Of a stretch of 64,000 nucleotides of DNA, positions 28,423-38,938 are shown piece by piece (within the stretch, counting starts at the first letter, position 1; every line of letters starts with the position of its first letter). A model generated the notes under the pieces. That model was not told the DNA's origin, ran no database searches, and saw only the letters and a program-made list of their open reading frames with translations. Made by a program: the position numbers and the translations under genes. The stretch covers positions 321,334-385,333 of the IMG/VR virus record IMGVR_UViG_3300032288_004964; one strand, written 5' to 3'.

Positions 28423-30267
28423 TTATTTTAATAGTTCAGTTTTTCTTAGATCGGAGCTTTTACCAAACCAAATATCAAGTGATTTATCTGATACTTCATC
28501 TTTGGTAATAAGAGTCATTCTTGGTGAGTTAATAATATCTTGATACTCATCATCAACAAGTGCTGCTAAACCTTTCTTATACTTAATATCAAATTGTTTC
28601 AAATCATTCTTTTCAACAAATTCATTATATTCAGTTTGAGTATAAAAAAGAACTTTCTTTTTAGTTTTTGATTTAGGAATAGCAACTACAATAGGAGTTT
28701 CAACTTTATAAATCATTCTTCTATCAAACATATCAGGCCAATACTTATGAAAGAAGTTTAATAATAAACTAGCAATAGAGTTACCATCAACATCAGCATC
28801 AACATAGAAAAGTATTCTACCATATCTCAAATCTCTTAAATCTACTTTCTGTCCTAACTTTAAACCAATAGCTGCCATTAAATTAACAACCTCTTCGTTT
28901 AAAACTAGTTTTTGATTAGTCATCTCAGACACATTTACAAATTTACCTTTAAGTGCAAAAGCACCCATAGTTTCCGGTGTTCTATATTTTCTAAAAGCAG
29001 AGATAGCTGAATCACCTTCAAATAAACCAATAGAACATTTCCAACGGTCTTTACCTTTAGCATCAATAAGTTTCTCAACTTTAATCTTACCAAGTTTTTT
29101 ATTTAAATCTCTTTGGAGTTTTGAATCTTCAGCATTTTTCTTTTGTTGAATCCAATCTAATATTGAATTAACAATCTCAGATTTTAAAATTGATTGAATT
29201 AACTTTGTTGGTACTTCAAATGTAGAACCAAAATCTTTAACCTCAGTAATTAACTTTTCTTTTGTTTGAGAAGAGAATGATGGATTAATTACAGTAGAAT
29301 CTAAAAATAGAAACATATGATTTCTTAATTCACCTGGTTTAACATCTACCTTATGTTTTTTCTGAAAATACTCTATTAAAGAAACTTGTATTTGTCTCAT
29401 AACATATTCAACATGTGTTCCACCATCATAAGTATCAGTAGAGTTAGCAAATGAAACTTGTTGAAATCCATTTTCAGAAAGTGCAATACCTACTGACCAA
29501 GTTTTATCTTTTTTAGATTCATAAAAGTAAGTAGGAGTATATAATTTAATATAATCTTCAAATGCTTTGAAGTTAATTAATTTACCATTAAAATAAACTT
29601 TAAGATTAGTATTACAGGCTGCAATATCATAAACTCTTTTTTCAAGCATTTTGAAATGATCATCATCTATTCCTTTAAGTTCAAATTTATCAAAATCTAC
29701 TAAATAATTAATTTCTGTAAATCCTTTGCTACTTTTTTTAATTTTAGCAGGTGTTCTTTTTCTCATATTATTAGAGAAAGTTTGTGTGTAATGATTTAAA
29801 CCATCACAAGTAGTTACTGTAAACTCCTTTGAATATATGTTTGTAAGAGTAGAACCTACACCATTTGTACCAGCCCAAGATCTTTCTTCACTATCATCAA
29901 AGTTAGAACCTGCTTTAAGATTAGAAAAAATCATTTCGGGAATCCATTCTTTGTGTTGTGTGTGTTTTACAACAGGAATACCACCGTTATCCCAGATGTT
30001 TATATAATTTGTTTCCCTATTAATATCTACTTTAATAGTATTTAATTTAGATTCTTTTCTTTTACTTTCATCAACTGAGTTAGTAACAATCTCATCAAAT
30101 ATTTTTAATAAACCAGGATTATAGGTTACTTCTTTTTGAATCATCTTATCTTCTTCAATAATCCATTTATTTGCTTTGTGTGGCTTAATTGAGCCAATAT
30201 ACATACCAGGTCTTAATATAACATGGTCAATGTCATCTAACTTTTGAAACTTTTTATCTACTGACAT
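28423..30267 (-). CDS. type II topoisomerase large subunit (T4 gp39+60-like)
   Basis: RPGMYIGS, EIVTNSVDE, DNGGIP, GTNGVG, EGDSA, ALKGK, DADVDG, KYKKGL. Confidence 0.95.
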   Translation of the reverse strand: MSVDKKFQKLDDIDHVILRPGMYIGSIKPHKANKWIIEEDKMIQKEVTYNPGLLKIFDEIVTNSVDESKRKESKLNTIKVDINRETNYINIWDNGGIPVVKHTQHKEWIPEMIFSNLKAGSNFDDSEERSWAGTNGVGSTLTNIYSKEFTVTTCDGLNHYTQTFSNNMRKRTPAKIKKSSKGFTEINYLVDFDKFELKGIDDDHFKMLEKRVYDIAACNTNLKVYFNGKLINFKAFEDYIKLYTPTYFYESKKDKTWSVGIALSENGFQQVSFANSTDTYDGGTHVEYVMRQIQVSLIEYFQKKHKVDVKPGELRNHMFLFLDSTVINPSFSSQTKEKLITEVKDFGSTFEVPTKLIQSILKSEIVNSILDWIQQKKNAEDSKLQRDLNKKLGKIKVEKLIDAKGKDRWKCSIGLFEGDSAISAFRKYRTPETMGAFALKGKFVNVSEMTNQKLVLNEEVVNLMAAIGLKLGQKVDLRDLRYGRILFYVDADVDGNSIASLLLNFFHKYWPDMFDRRMIYKVETPIVVAIPKSKTKKKVLFYTQTEYNEFVEKNDLKQFDIKYKKGLAALVDDEYQDIINSPRMTLITKDEVSDKSLDIWFGKSSDLRKTELLK

Positions 30268-30323
30268 TAATTTAATTTAAAGATTTTGAGTATATATAGT
30301 AAAATTCTGGATTTGTTTTAAAA

Positions 30324-31028
30324 TTACAATTTAGAAATAACAGGATCATTATTATCAACACCTTTAATTGGAATTGGTGGATTTACATCAAAATTCTTAT
30401 TAATAAAAGTCTTTAACTTATTTTCTATAAAGTGGTCAGGAACCTCACCATCTGGATTCATTAATTCCATTTCTAAACTAAGTTCTGTTGAAAATCTATC
30501 TAAAACTTCTGGCTTAATAGCCTCAACTAATCTATCAGAAACAACAAAAGCTCTTGTAAATCTATCTTTAAGTGGAACTTCTCCTTCTGGTAATTTCATA
30601 TAAATATCTATCATCTTCTTCAAAAAGTCTGTATATTTTGAATGCGGGTTTATATAATTAAATATTGGATCAAATACTCTACGAAACATTCTAGATGTAC
30701 CAAATACAATTCCAACAATTGCTACTATTGGAAAGAATGGAACAAGAGCTAATGGTATAGCAGATGGTAGAATATTAAATATACCTTTTTTTATGTCTGT
30801 TTTTCTTTTAGCATCAATAGCATCTTTAAAGATAGCATTTAACATACCAAATGTAAACTTTTCACCTTTTTCATTTAAGTAATGGCCAAGATGACCATTT
30901 TTTGCTAAGTGAACTTGTTTGTTTAATTCATCTTCATCACTAACTCCCATTTCAATTAACTTAGCTCTGATATTTCTATCATATCTTTCTAAAATTAAAA
31001 AATGGTTATATCTCTTTAATGTGCGCAT
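30324..31028 (-). CDS. putative virion protein with N-terminal tag and hydrophobic segment (start revised from 31037)
   Basis: MRTLKRYNHFLILE; ALVPFFPIVAIVGIVFG. Confidence 0.65.
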   Translation of the reverse strand: MRTLKRYNHFLILERYDRNIRAKLIEMGVSDEDELNKQVHLAKNGHLGHYLNEKGEKFTFGMLNAIFKDAIDAKRKTDIKKGIFNILPSAIPLALVPFFPIVAIVGIVFGTSRMFRRVFDPIFNYINPHSKYTDFLKKMIDIYMKLPEGEVPLKDRFTRAFVVSDRLVEAIKPEVLDRFSTELSLEMELMNPDGEVPDHFIENKLKTFINKNFDVNPPIPIKGVDNNDPVISKL

Positions 31029-31064
31029 AAAAAACAAAATAAACTTTTTATTATATATAAAACT

Positions 31065-32408
31065 ATGGTAACAGAAAAAAGTATTACAGAATTCTTATCC
31101 AATGAGTACAAAGAATTTGCGATGTATTCAATTGAAGGCCGTGCTATTCCTTCGGTTATTGATGGTTTTAAACCAACTCAAAGAAAAATTATACACGGAT
31201 CATCTCAGATTTGGAAAACAGGAAATGAAAAAACCTTAAAGATATTTCAACTATCTGGATATATTGCAGCAAATTGTTTTTATCATCACGGTGATGCGTC
31301 ATTATCAAATGCCATTATTAATATGGCCCAGAGATTTAAGAACAATGCCCCTCTTTTAGAAGAAGAAGGTCAGTTTGGTTCTTTAAGATCACCACAAGCT
31401 GGTGCTCCTCGTTACATAGGTACTAAATTATCTGATAACTTTAGACTAATCTATAAAGACTTTGACCTATTAGATTATAAAGAAGAAGAAGGTGAGTCAA
31501 TTGAACCTAAATACTTTTTACCTATTGTTCCAGCTGTTTTATTAAATGGTTCATCAGGTATTGCTGTAGGATTTGCCTCTAATGTTTTAAATAGAGATAT
31601 TAAGTCTATTATAGATGCTTGTATTAAAGTTTTAGCTGGTAAAAATCCAGGTGAAGTTAAACCATCTTTAAATGAGTTTACTGGAGAATTTATACAAGAT
31701 AAAGAAAATAACAAAAGATGGATTATTAGAGGTAGATTTGAAAGAGCTAATACAACAACTGTTAAAATTAGTGAACTTCCTCCTTCAATGACTTATGAGA
31801 AGTATGAGGAAATATTAGATAAGTTAGCGGATGATAAACTAATTGTCTCTTATGATGATAATTGCAAAGATAATATTGATTATGTTATTAAATTCACCAG
31901 AGCAGATTTAGAGAAATTAGATGATGAAAAATTAGTTAAGTTATTGAAACTTGAAGAATCATCAACTGAGATTTTCTCAACACTAGATGAGAATGGTAAA
32001 TTAAAAATATTTGAAAATACATCTGATATTATTAAATACTTTGTTGATTTTAGATTAACTTATTACCATAAAAGAAAACAATTCCTCTTAGACAAAATGA
32101 ATCGTGACCTTAAAATATTAGGTAACAGAGGTAGATTTATTAAAGCGATTCTTGATGGTAAGTTAAAAGTAAATAATGTTCCAAAGGTTCAAATTATTGA
32201 AGGAATTGAAGCAATGAGTTTAGATAAGATAGATGATTCTTATGACTATCTTTTAAGAATGCCTATCTACTCTTTAACAAAAGAAGTATTTGATAAATTA
32301 AAAGAAGATTTTTCAGCTAAGAAAGAAGAAATAAAAGCTTTAGAAGCAACTGATCCTAAAGATATGTATGTTCAGGATTTAACTGAATTAAAAAAGAAAT
32401 TTAAATGA
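31065..32408 (+). CDS. type II topoisomerase medium subunit (T4 gp52-like)
   Basis: RAIPSVIDGFKPTQRK, YHHGDASL, AGAPRY (catalytic Tyr), NGSSGIAVGF. Confidence 0.95.
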   Translation: MVTEKSITEFLSNEYKEFAMYSIEGRAIPSVIDGFKPTQRKIIHGSSQIWKTGNEKTLKIFQLSGYIAANCFYHHGDASLSNAIINMAQRFKNNAPLLEEEGQFGSLRSPQAGAPRYIGTKLSDNFRLIYKDFDLLDYKEEEGESIEPKYFLPIVPAVLLNGSSGIAVGFASNVLNRDIKSIIDACIKVLAGKNPGEVKPSLNEFTGEFIQDKENNKRWIIRGRFERANTTTVKISELPPSMTYEKYEEILDKLADDKLIVSYDDNCKDNIDYVIKFTRADLEKLDDEKLVKLLKLEESSTEIFSTLDENGKLKIFENTSDIIKYFVDFRLTYYHKRKQFLLDKMNRDLKILGNRGRFIKAILDGKLKVNNVPKVQIIEGIEAMSLDKIDDSYDYLLRMPIYSLTKEVFDKLKEDFSAKKEEIKALEATDPKDMYVQDLTELKKKFK

Positions 32409-32554
32409 GACCACATAGAACTTGGTTTAAAATAATATTTAATCCTATTTTAAGAAAGTTTGGATGGTCTATTGTTAGTGTATTTGATGGTGATGAATTA
32501 AAAGGATATCAATTAAGAAGATACCCAGAAAACTGCGAAGTGTTAAAAAAATAG
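32405..32554 (+). CDS. 49-aa hypothetical protein (not in ORF track)
   Basis: MRPHRTWFKIIFNPILRKFGWSIVSVFDGDELKGYQLRRYPENCEVLKK; start overlaps the gp52 stop; TAG TAA double stop. Confidence 0.6.
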   Translation: MRPHRTWFKIIFNPILRKFGWSIVSVFDGDELKGYQLRRYPENCEVLKK

Positions 32555-32565
32555 TAAACTAACTT

Positions 32566-32931
32566 ATGAATCAAAGATCAATTAATCTTTCACCTTGGAA
32601 AGAAATATCTATTACTAGAAGAATGCAACATCATACTATGATTGATGTTGCTACAATCATTATTGGTTATAATGATTATTACTTTTATATCCAAGATGAT
32701 ATTGAGAAGATAATTGATGTTAGTTGTATGCCTAACTATATTAAAGAAGATTGGGTTAATTATAATAAAAAAGAATTAACAATTAATATAGTAGAAGACC
32801 ATATAAAAAAGTATGTTGATTTAAGAGATTCTGAAATTTATTTAGAAGTACCTAATCAAACTTATGATGATATTATAAATGAGCTACAATCAATTAAAAG
32901 AGATTTAATAATTAAAAAGATTATTATTTAA
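32566..32931 (+). CDS. hypothetical protein with C-terminal tail motif
   Basis: ends IKRDLIIKKIII. Confidence 0.75.
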   Translation: MNQRSINLSPWKEISITRRMQHHTMIDVATIIIGYNDYYFYIQDDIEKIIDVSCMPNYIKEDWVNYNKKELTINIVEDHIKKYVDLRDSEIYLEVPNQTYDDIINELQSIKRDLIIKKIII

Positions 32932-32941
32932 TTTATTTCCT

Positions 32942-32949
32942 TATATTTG
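32942..32949 (+). promoter_or_regulatory. Bacteroidota -7 element
   Basis: TATATTTG-taat-ATG(32954). Confidence 0.8.
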
Positions 32950-32953
32950 TAAT

Positions 32954-33124
32954 ATGGAAAATTTACAAAGAGAAAGAGTGAGTCTTAATGAGTTTGCTCC
33001 GCTTAATACAAAAGACTGCCAAAACATGTGTGAAAGAGATGTACTTATGACTAAACAGGGTCCAGTTATTATATGTCACGCCTGTAAAAGAATTGTAATG
33101 GATAATAGAAATCAAATTAAATAA
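32954..33124 (+). CDS. 56-aa Zn-ribbon-like protein (not in ORF track)
   Basis: CQNMC...CHAC; ATG after a 4-nt gap from the promoter. Confidence 0.65.
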   Translation: MENLQRERVSLNEFAPLNTKDCQNMCERDVLMTKQGPVIICHACKRIVMDNRNQIK

Positions 33125-33128
33125 TAAT

Positions 33129-33728
33129 ATGTTCCAATCATCAAAAACCGTTAAACAACTATTTTATATCAACTTTATAGTTTTCATTATTGGAATTCTA
33201 TTACAATTAGTTGGTTTTCCATTCTATAAGGTATTTGCCTTGTATCCACCCGGCAGTCCAAACTTTGAAATATATCAGTTTATAACTTATATGTTTTTAC
33301 ACTCTGGTATATTACACATAGTTTTTAATATGTTAGCACTGGCTTCTTTTGGTCATATAACTGAGGATTATTTTGGTAGAAACAAATTCATTTTATTTTA
33401 TTTAACAACTGGTATAGGTGCAACCTTATTACATCTTTTAATGACTAATAGTCAATTACCAATGGTTGGTGCGTCTGGTGCTATTTATGGTATATTAGTA
33501 GTATCAGCTTTAATAAGTCCAAATGAGAAAGTAAGTATATTTCCAATTCCTATTGGAATTAAGTTAAAGTATTTAATATCTTCTTTATTTGTGATGGAAA
33601 TACTTTTAGGGTTTCTATCAACAGGTGATGGTGTTGGGCACTTTGCACATGTAGGCGGTGGATTAACAGGTATTTTATTTTATTTAATTAGCAGAAAATT
33701 TTCACCAAAAAAGAAAAGATGGTCATGA
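33129..33728 (+). CDS. rhomboid intramembrane serine protease
   Basis: FLHSGILHIVFNM, VGASGAIYG (Ser), HFAHVGG (His). Confidence 0.93.
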   Translation: MFQSSKTVKQLFYINFIVFIIGILLQLVGFPFYKVFALYPPGSPNFEIYQFITYMFLHSGILHIVFNMLALASFGHITEDYFGRNKFILFYLTTGIGATLLHLLMTNSQLPMVGASGAIYGILVVSALISPNEKVSIFPIPIGIKLKYLISSLFVMEILLGFLSTGDGVGHFAHVGGGLTGILFYLISRKFSPKKKRWS

Positions 33729-34303
33729 AAAAATTATTAATATTAGATATGGATGAAACTCTATTACACACAGAGACTTCCAGAGAGATTGATTACTTAC
33801 CTGAAGGATCATATGATTTTAAGTTTCCTTTAGGAGGAGGTGGTTGGTCAAATGATGAACATTGGTACTTCACACTTAAAAGACCTTTTTTAGATGAATT
33901 TATGAAATATGCCTTTGATAACTTTAAGGTTGCTATCTGGACAGCAGGTGGATCCGATTATGCTTCAGAAGCTATTTCAAGAGCTGGAATTGATAAAAGT
34001 AAATTAGAATTCTTTTGGACTCGTGAAAGATGTACTATGAAATATGATTTTGAAACAGGATTTAGTTATGGTGTTAAGAATTTAGAAAAAGTTCATAAAT
34101 CACTTGGATGGGATTTGAATAATGTCTTAATTGTTGATGATGTTCAAAAAACAGCAATTAATAATTATGGTAACTTAATTCATATTAAAGAGTTCTACAA
34201 TGATAGAAATGATATTGAGTTAAAAAAACTAATGAACTATTTAGATAGAATTAAAGATTCTCCTAATTTTAGGAGTATTGAAAAAAGAGGTTGGTCTAAT
34301 TAA
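33719..34303 (+). CDS. HAD-family (FCP1/NIF-like) phosphatase
   Basis: LILDMDETLLH, KRPFLDEF, IWTAG, LIVDD. Confidence 0.88.
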   Translation: MVMKKLLILDMDETLLHTETSREIDYLPEGSYDFKFPLGGGGWSNDEHWYFTLKRPFLDEFMKYAFDNFKVAIWTAGGSDYASEAISRAGIDKSKLEFFWTRERCTMKYDFETGFSYGVKNLEKVHKSLGWDLNNVLIVDDVQKTAINNYGNLIHIKEFYNDRNDIELKKLMNYLDRIKDSPNFRSIEKRGWSN

Positions 34304-34334
34304 AAATATATCTAAAATTTTTAGATATATTTTT
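34302..34334. terminator. AT-rich palindrome / terminator
   Basis: aaaaatatatctaaaa-t-ttttagatatattttt. Confidence 0.55.
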
Positions 34335-34418
34335 TTTACATTTTTGATTATTATATATACTATGTAATCTCAATCCAGAGTATATAGGGTTAGAGACAAA
34401 AAAATCATAATTAAAATT

Positions 34419-36107
34419 ATGAAAAATTTATGTCTTTTATTATTATTTATAATTATTTCACCTAAAATTGGTAAATCTCAAATGTGTAATACCACTCCAA
34501 CAAATATGGGTGGTTTAACACTAACGGGCACTTGGCAAAATGCCGCTGCCGCTTCCGGTGCTAAAAGATACTGGACATTTAATGCGACTGCTGGATGTAC
34601 CTATGACTTTAGTTCTTGTAATAGTATAAATACAAATGATACTTATTTAAGATTATACTCTGGTACAAATCCACTGACTGCTGTTTTACAAACTTCTAAT
34701 GATGATAATGGTCCTTGGTGTACTGGTACAAAAGCTTCTATTTCTTGGGTTTGTCCAACAACTGGTGCTTATTCTATATTATTGACAAATTATTCTTGTG
34801 CTAACATATCTTCAAACTCTATTTTAAGTTATAGACAAATATGCGCACCTCCTTATAATCCATGTTTAACAATACCATCAATTAATTGTGGTGTTTTAAC
34901 TAATTTATCTGTATCATCTGGTAATGGTATATACAATCCGCCATCAACTACTTGTGGTTTCTCAACACCTGGTAAAGAATATATCTACTCATTTACACCA
35001 ACTGTAACTGGTAACTATCAAATATCACAACCTACAAGTTTTGGATATATTGATTACTTTTATAAGTTAGCATCTGGTGGTTGTAATGGTACTGGTTGGA
35101 CTTGTATAGATGATATCTCAAATGCCAATGTTGGTAATGCTAATGTAAATATTGCTTTAACATCTGGTGTTACATATTATATCTTATTAGATCCAGAATC
35201 TACCGCTGGTGGATCAGTTTCTTTTAGTATAACTTGTCCAGCTCCTGTAATACCCCCTGCTAATAATGACTGTTCTGGTGCTATATCTATAGCATCCTTA
35301 CCTTATAGTAGTGGTATTGTTTCAAATAATAATGCAACAGATGATGTGCCAACTTCAACATCTGGTTGTAGTACACAAGGATCAAATGTTTGGTATACTG
35401 TAGTTGGTAATGGTAATAACTTAACAGATACAACTTGTAACGCTTCTACTAATTTTGATACTGAGGTAAGAGTTTATACTGGAAATTGTTCGTCATTAAA
35501 TAGTATGGTTGAAGTTACTTGTAATGATGATTATTCATCTTGTGCTAGTAGTGGTCTGCAATCAAGTGTTAGTTGGTGTTCTCAAGTAGGTATAACTTAT
35601 TATATTTCGGTTGGGTATTTTGCGTCTGGTGTTGGTTATGGTAATTATGTTTTGAGTGTAACAGATGGTGTTTCTTGCTCACCATTACCAATAGAATTAA
35701 TTAGTTTTACTGGAAATTTAACAGAAGATAATAGTGTTTTATTAAAATGGACAACTGAAACAGAAAGAAATAATAATTACTTTCTTGTTGAAAAATCATT
35801 AGATGCTGTTAATTGGTCTAATGTATCAAGAGTACAAGCTGCTGGAAATTCACTGTATAGAATAGATTATTCAACTATTGATAATAGTCCTACTATTGGA
35901 GTTAATTATTATAAATTAACACAAGTTGATTATGATGGTCAAAGAGAATCTTTTAATATCATAGCGGTAGAGCTAGTAATAGATATGGAAAAATGTTCAG
36001 ATACATTTTATGATTTAATGGGTAGAGTAATAGATATTACAATTGCATCACCTGGTGTTTATTTACAAAAGTGTAATGGTGGGTATAAAAAGATAATTAA
36101 AAGATAA
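34419..36107 (+). CDS. secreted Cys/Ser/Thr-rich Bacteroidota-type surface protein with reduced T9SS type-A-like CTD
   Basis: signal peptide; PANNDCSGA; PLPIELISF...KWTTETERNNNYF...YYKLTQVDYDG; YDLMGR...GVY...KKIIK. Confidence 0.8.
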   Translation: MKNLCLLLLFIIISPKIGKSQMCNTTPTNMGGLTLTGTWQNAAAASGAKRYWTFNATAGCTYDFSSCNSINTNDTYLRLYSGTNPLTAVLQTSNDDNGPWCTGTKASISWVCPTTGAYSILLTNYSCANISSNSILSYRQICAPPYNPCLTIPSINCGVLTNLSVSSGNGIYNPPSTTCGFSTPGKEYIYSFTPTVTGNYQISQPTSFGYIDYFYKLASGGCNGTGWTCIDDISNANVGNANVNIALTSGVTYYILLDPESTAGGSVSFSITCPAPVIPPANNDCSGAISIASLPYSSGIVSNNNATDDVPTSTSGCSTQGSNVWYTVVGNGNNLTDTTCNASTNFDTEVRVYTGNCSSLNSMVEVTCNDDYSSCASSGLQSSVSWCSQVGITYYISVGYFASGVGYGNYVLSVTDGVSCSPLPIELISFTGNLTEDNSVLLKWTTETERNNNYFLVEKSLDAVNWSNVSRVQAAGNSLYRIDYSTIDNSPTIGVNYYKLTQVDYDGQRESFNIIAVELVIDMEKCSDTFYDLMGRVIDITIASPGVYLQKCNGGYKKIIKR

Positions 36108-36234
36108 TAATTAAAACAAAAATAAATATTAAAAATATACAAATTATATTATATTAATTTTTCTAGATTTAAGATATTATGAGGTATCGAATTTCAATCT
36201 ATATGATATAATTATATTAAATTAAACCCAAATT

Positions 36235-38931
36235 ATGAAAAAATTGCTTTTAATAGCAACATTCTTGATTACAAGCCTGTTGTCTTATTCTCAAGCACCT
36301 GCTAATGATAATTGTAGCGGTGCTCAAAGTCTCGGAACACTTCCAACACCAGCCGCCTGTCCAAGTGGTATTGGTTCATCGGTCAATGTTTCAGGTACAA
36401 ATATTAATGCGACAGGACCATTGCCATATACAACATTATTAGGATGTCAGACTGGTGGTAATCAGCCTGGTCCAGCTTTAGATGTATGGTACTCTTTTGT
36501 TGCATCAGGTAATCAAGTTAATATAAATATAACACCTGGTTCTGCTCCATTTTTAGCAAGTCCGGCTATTACACTTTGGACAGGATCTTGTGGGGCTTTA
36601 GTAGGATTTAACTGTGATAATAATGGAACTTTAACTGGTAATAATTCAGTTACATTTCAACCCATGACACCTGGTCAAACATATTACATACAAATAAGTG
36701 GTATGAATGCTACTAATCAGGGAAATTTCAACTTATCTGTGAATTCTTCTAATGATTGTAATAATTGTTTACAAGTTGCTAATCTAACAGTTAGTCCTGC
36801 TCCCACAAATGGAACTTACCCACCAAATACAACAGTTAATTTTTGCTATAATATTTCTTCTTTTACTCAAGTAAGTTCCAATTGGTTACATGGAGTAATA
36901 CCTACTTTTGGGTGTGGGTGGAATTTATCTACACTTACTACAACACCTGCCGCATCTTGTTCTGGTAGTGGAACTTGGAGTTGGTATCCATCTTGGACCA
37001 GTTCAGCAAATGGTTCTACTTGGGGACCTGGATTTGCTTATGATTATAATACATCTCCTGGCAATCCTGGTAATAACTTTGGTGATAACTGTTCAACTCC
37101 TAATTGGAACTTTTGTTGGTCTATTAAAACAAAAGCTGTTTGTAGTCCAACTTGTACAAACTTAAATATTAATATCAATACAACCGGTGATGGTGAGTCT
37201 GGATCTTGGACATCAGTAGCTTGTCTAGGTGATCCAAACTATCAATTTGCAGCAGTTATGTCTTGTTGTAGTTCAACTGCATCCAGTACAAATCCAACTT
37301 GTTTTGGTGGTTCTAATGGTTCAGCAACTGCTATTCCTGGTTCAACCGGTGTTCCTCCATTTACATATTCTTGGAATACAGTTCCCACACAGACTACACA
37401 AACTGCTACTAATTTAAGTGCTGGGGCATATACCTGCACAGTTACTGATTTTAATGGATGTACTTCTACTTGTAATGTTACTATTTCAAATCCTCCTCAA
37501 ATTTTAGTACCAGTAACACAATCAAATGTAACTTGTTTCGGCGGTTCTAATGGATCAGCAACTGCTAACCCATCTGGTGGAGTTGGTCCTTATACTTATT
37601 CTTGGAATACAGTTCCTACACAAACTACACAAACTGCTACTAATCTAATACCTGGTACATATACTGTAACTGTGGCAAGCTCAAATGGTTGTATAAAAAC
37701 AAACACAGTTAGTATTACTCAACCAACGGCAATAGTTGTAACTACTTCAACTACCAGTGCTTCTTGTGGTAATTCAAATGGTTCAGCAACTGCTAACCCA
37801 TCTGGTGTTGGTCCTTATACCTATTCTTGGAACACAACACCAGTTCAAACTACACAAACGGCAACAAATATACCATTTGGTAGTTATACTGTTACTGTTA
37901 CAAATAGTAGTGGATGTACTGGGACAACAACTGCTAATGTACCATCAACTGGTAGTGTAAGTGCTACTTCAACATCAACACCAACAAGTTGTTTTGGTAG
38001 TTCAGATGGTTCTGCCACTGCTAATGGATTTGGAGGTACTTTATATACATATCTTTGGAATACAACACCACCTCAAACAAGTCAAACAATTACTGGATTA
38101 CCAGCGGGCGTTTATACTTGTACTATATCAAGTGCTGCTTGTAATGCAACAACAACTATTATAGTTACCGAACCACCTATTATAAATGTAACATACTCAA
38201 CTACTCCATTATCTGGGTGTGTACCATTAGCAGTAACATATAATAATACAACTCCAGGTATATCAAATTGTAGTTGGAATATAAATGGTGTGATTACTAA
38301 TAGTTGTAATGTTACTCAAGTATTTACATCAGGTGGAACATATAACTCAACACTAACTGTAACTGATGCTAATGGTTGTTCAAATTCAACAGGTCCAATA
38401 GTTGCTAATGCTTACCCTATTCCATTTGCTTCTTTTTCTCCAAATCCATCAGTAACTAATTTATTATCACCAACTATTACATTTGATAATATGAGTTCGG
38501 GTGGTAGTTATTTTTGGAATTTTGGTGATGGTAACACATCAAGTAGTCTAAATCCTACAAACACATATGCTGATACAGGAACATATGTGATTAATCTAAC
38601 AGTAACTAGTCAATATGGTTGTTCTGATTCAACCTATTCTACAATACATATAACTGATATTCTCTCTGTTTATATACCTAATGCTTTTACACCTAATGGT
38701 GATGGTAAGAATGATTCATTTTTACCAATTATTTTAGGATTTGATAAATATGAATATTGGATATTTGACCGTTGGGGTGAAATGATATTCAATACAAATT
38801 CTGGTAGATCTTGGGATGGAACTTATAAAGGTAAATTAGTTCAACAAGATGTTTATATTTGTAAGTTAGTAGTTTATGATTTAAATAAGAAAAAGTATGA
38901 ATATACTAATCACATTTCTTTAATTAGATAA
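36235..38931 (+). CDS. secreted SprB-repeat / PKD protein with T9SS type-B (gliding-motility-associated) CTD
   Basis: signal peptide; four SprB-like repeats (TCFGGSNGSATA...YTYSWNT...VTD.NGC); YFWNFGDG PKD; YIPNAFTPNGDGKND...IFDRWG...WDGTYKG. Confidence 0.9.
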   Translation: MKKLLLIATFLITSLLSYSQAPANDNCSGAQSLGTLPTPAACPSGIGSSVNVSGTNINATGPLPYTTLLGCQTGGNQPGPALDVWYSFVASGNQVNINITPGSAPFLASPAITLWTGSCGALVGFNCDNNGTLTGNNSVTFQPMTPGQTYYIQISGMNATNQGNFNLSVNSSNDCNNCLQVANLTVSPAPTNGTYPPNTTVNFCYNISSFTQVSSNWLHGVIPTFGCGWNLSTLTTTPAASCSGSGTWSWYPSWTSSANGSTWGPGFAYDYNTSPGNPGNNFGDNCSTPNWNFCWSIKTKAVCSPTCTNLNININTTGDGESGSWTSVACLGDPNYQFAAVMSCCSSTASSTNPTCFGGSNGSATAIPGSTGVPPFTYSWNTVPTQTTQTATNLSAGAYTCTVTDFNGCTSTCNVTISNPPQILVPVTQSNVTCFGGSNGSATANPSGGVGPYTYSWNTVPTQTTQTATNLIPGTYTVTVASSNGCIKTNTVSITQPTAIVVTTSTTSASCGNSNGSATANPSGVGPYTYSWNTTPVQTTQTATNIPFGSYTVTVTNSSGCTGTTTANVPSTGSVSATSTSTPTSCFGSSDGSATANGFGGTLYTYLWNTTPPQTSQTITGLPAGVYTCTISSAACNATTTIIVTEPPIINVTYSTTPLSGCVPLAVTYNNTTPGISNCSWNINGVITNSCNVTQVFTSGGTYNSTLTVTDANGCSNSTGPIVANAYPIPFASFSPNPSVTNLLSPTITFDNMSSGGSYFWNFGDGNTSSSLNPTNTYADTGTYVINLTVTSQYGCSDSTYSTIHITDILSVYIPNAFTPNGDGKNDSFLPIILGFDKYEYWIFDRWGEMIFNTNSGRSWDGTYKGKLVQQDVYICKLVVYDLNKKKYEYTNHISLIR
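37262..38185 (+). repeat. four ~78-aa SprB-like intragenic repeats
   Basis: recurrent ggttcagcaactgcta and tattcttggaa(t/c)aca blocks; boundaries approximate. Confidence 0.75.
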
Positions 38932-38938
38932 TTTTTCT

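Noticed and set aside
3328-31714. Shadow ORFs 3328-3642, 4101-4328, 14134-14319, 18554-18751, 21044-21295, 22242-22475, 23062-23247, 26394-26729, 27234-27515, 28222-28416, 31475-31714
   Set aside because: Alternate-frame or antisense to well-supported genes, with no motifs or promoters
36908-38164. Alternate-frame ORFs inside the SprB-repeat gene
   Set aside because: By-products of biased codon use in the Thr/Ser/Gly-rich main frame
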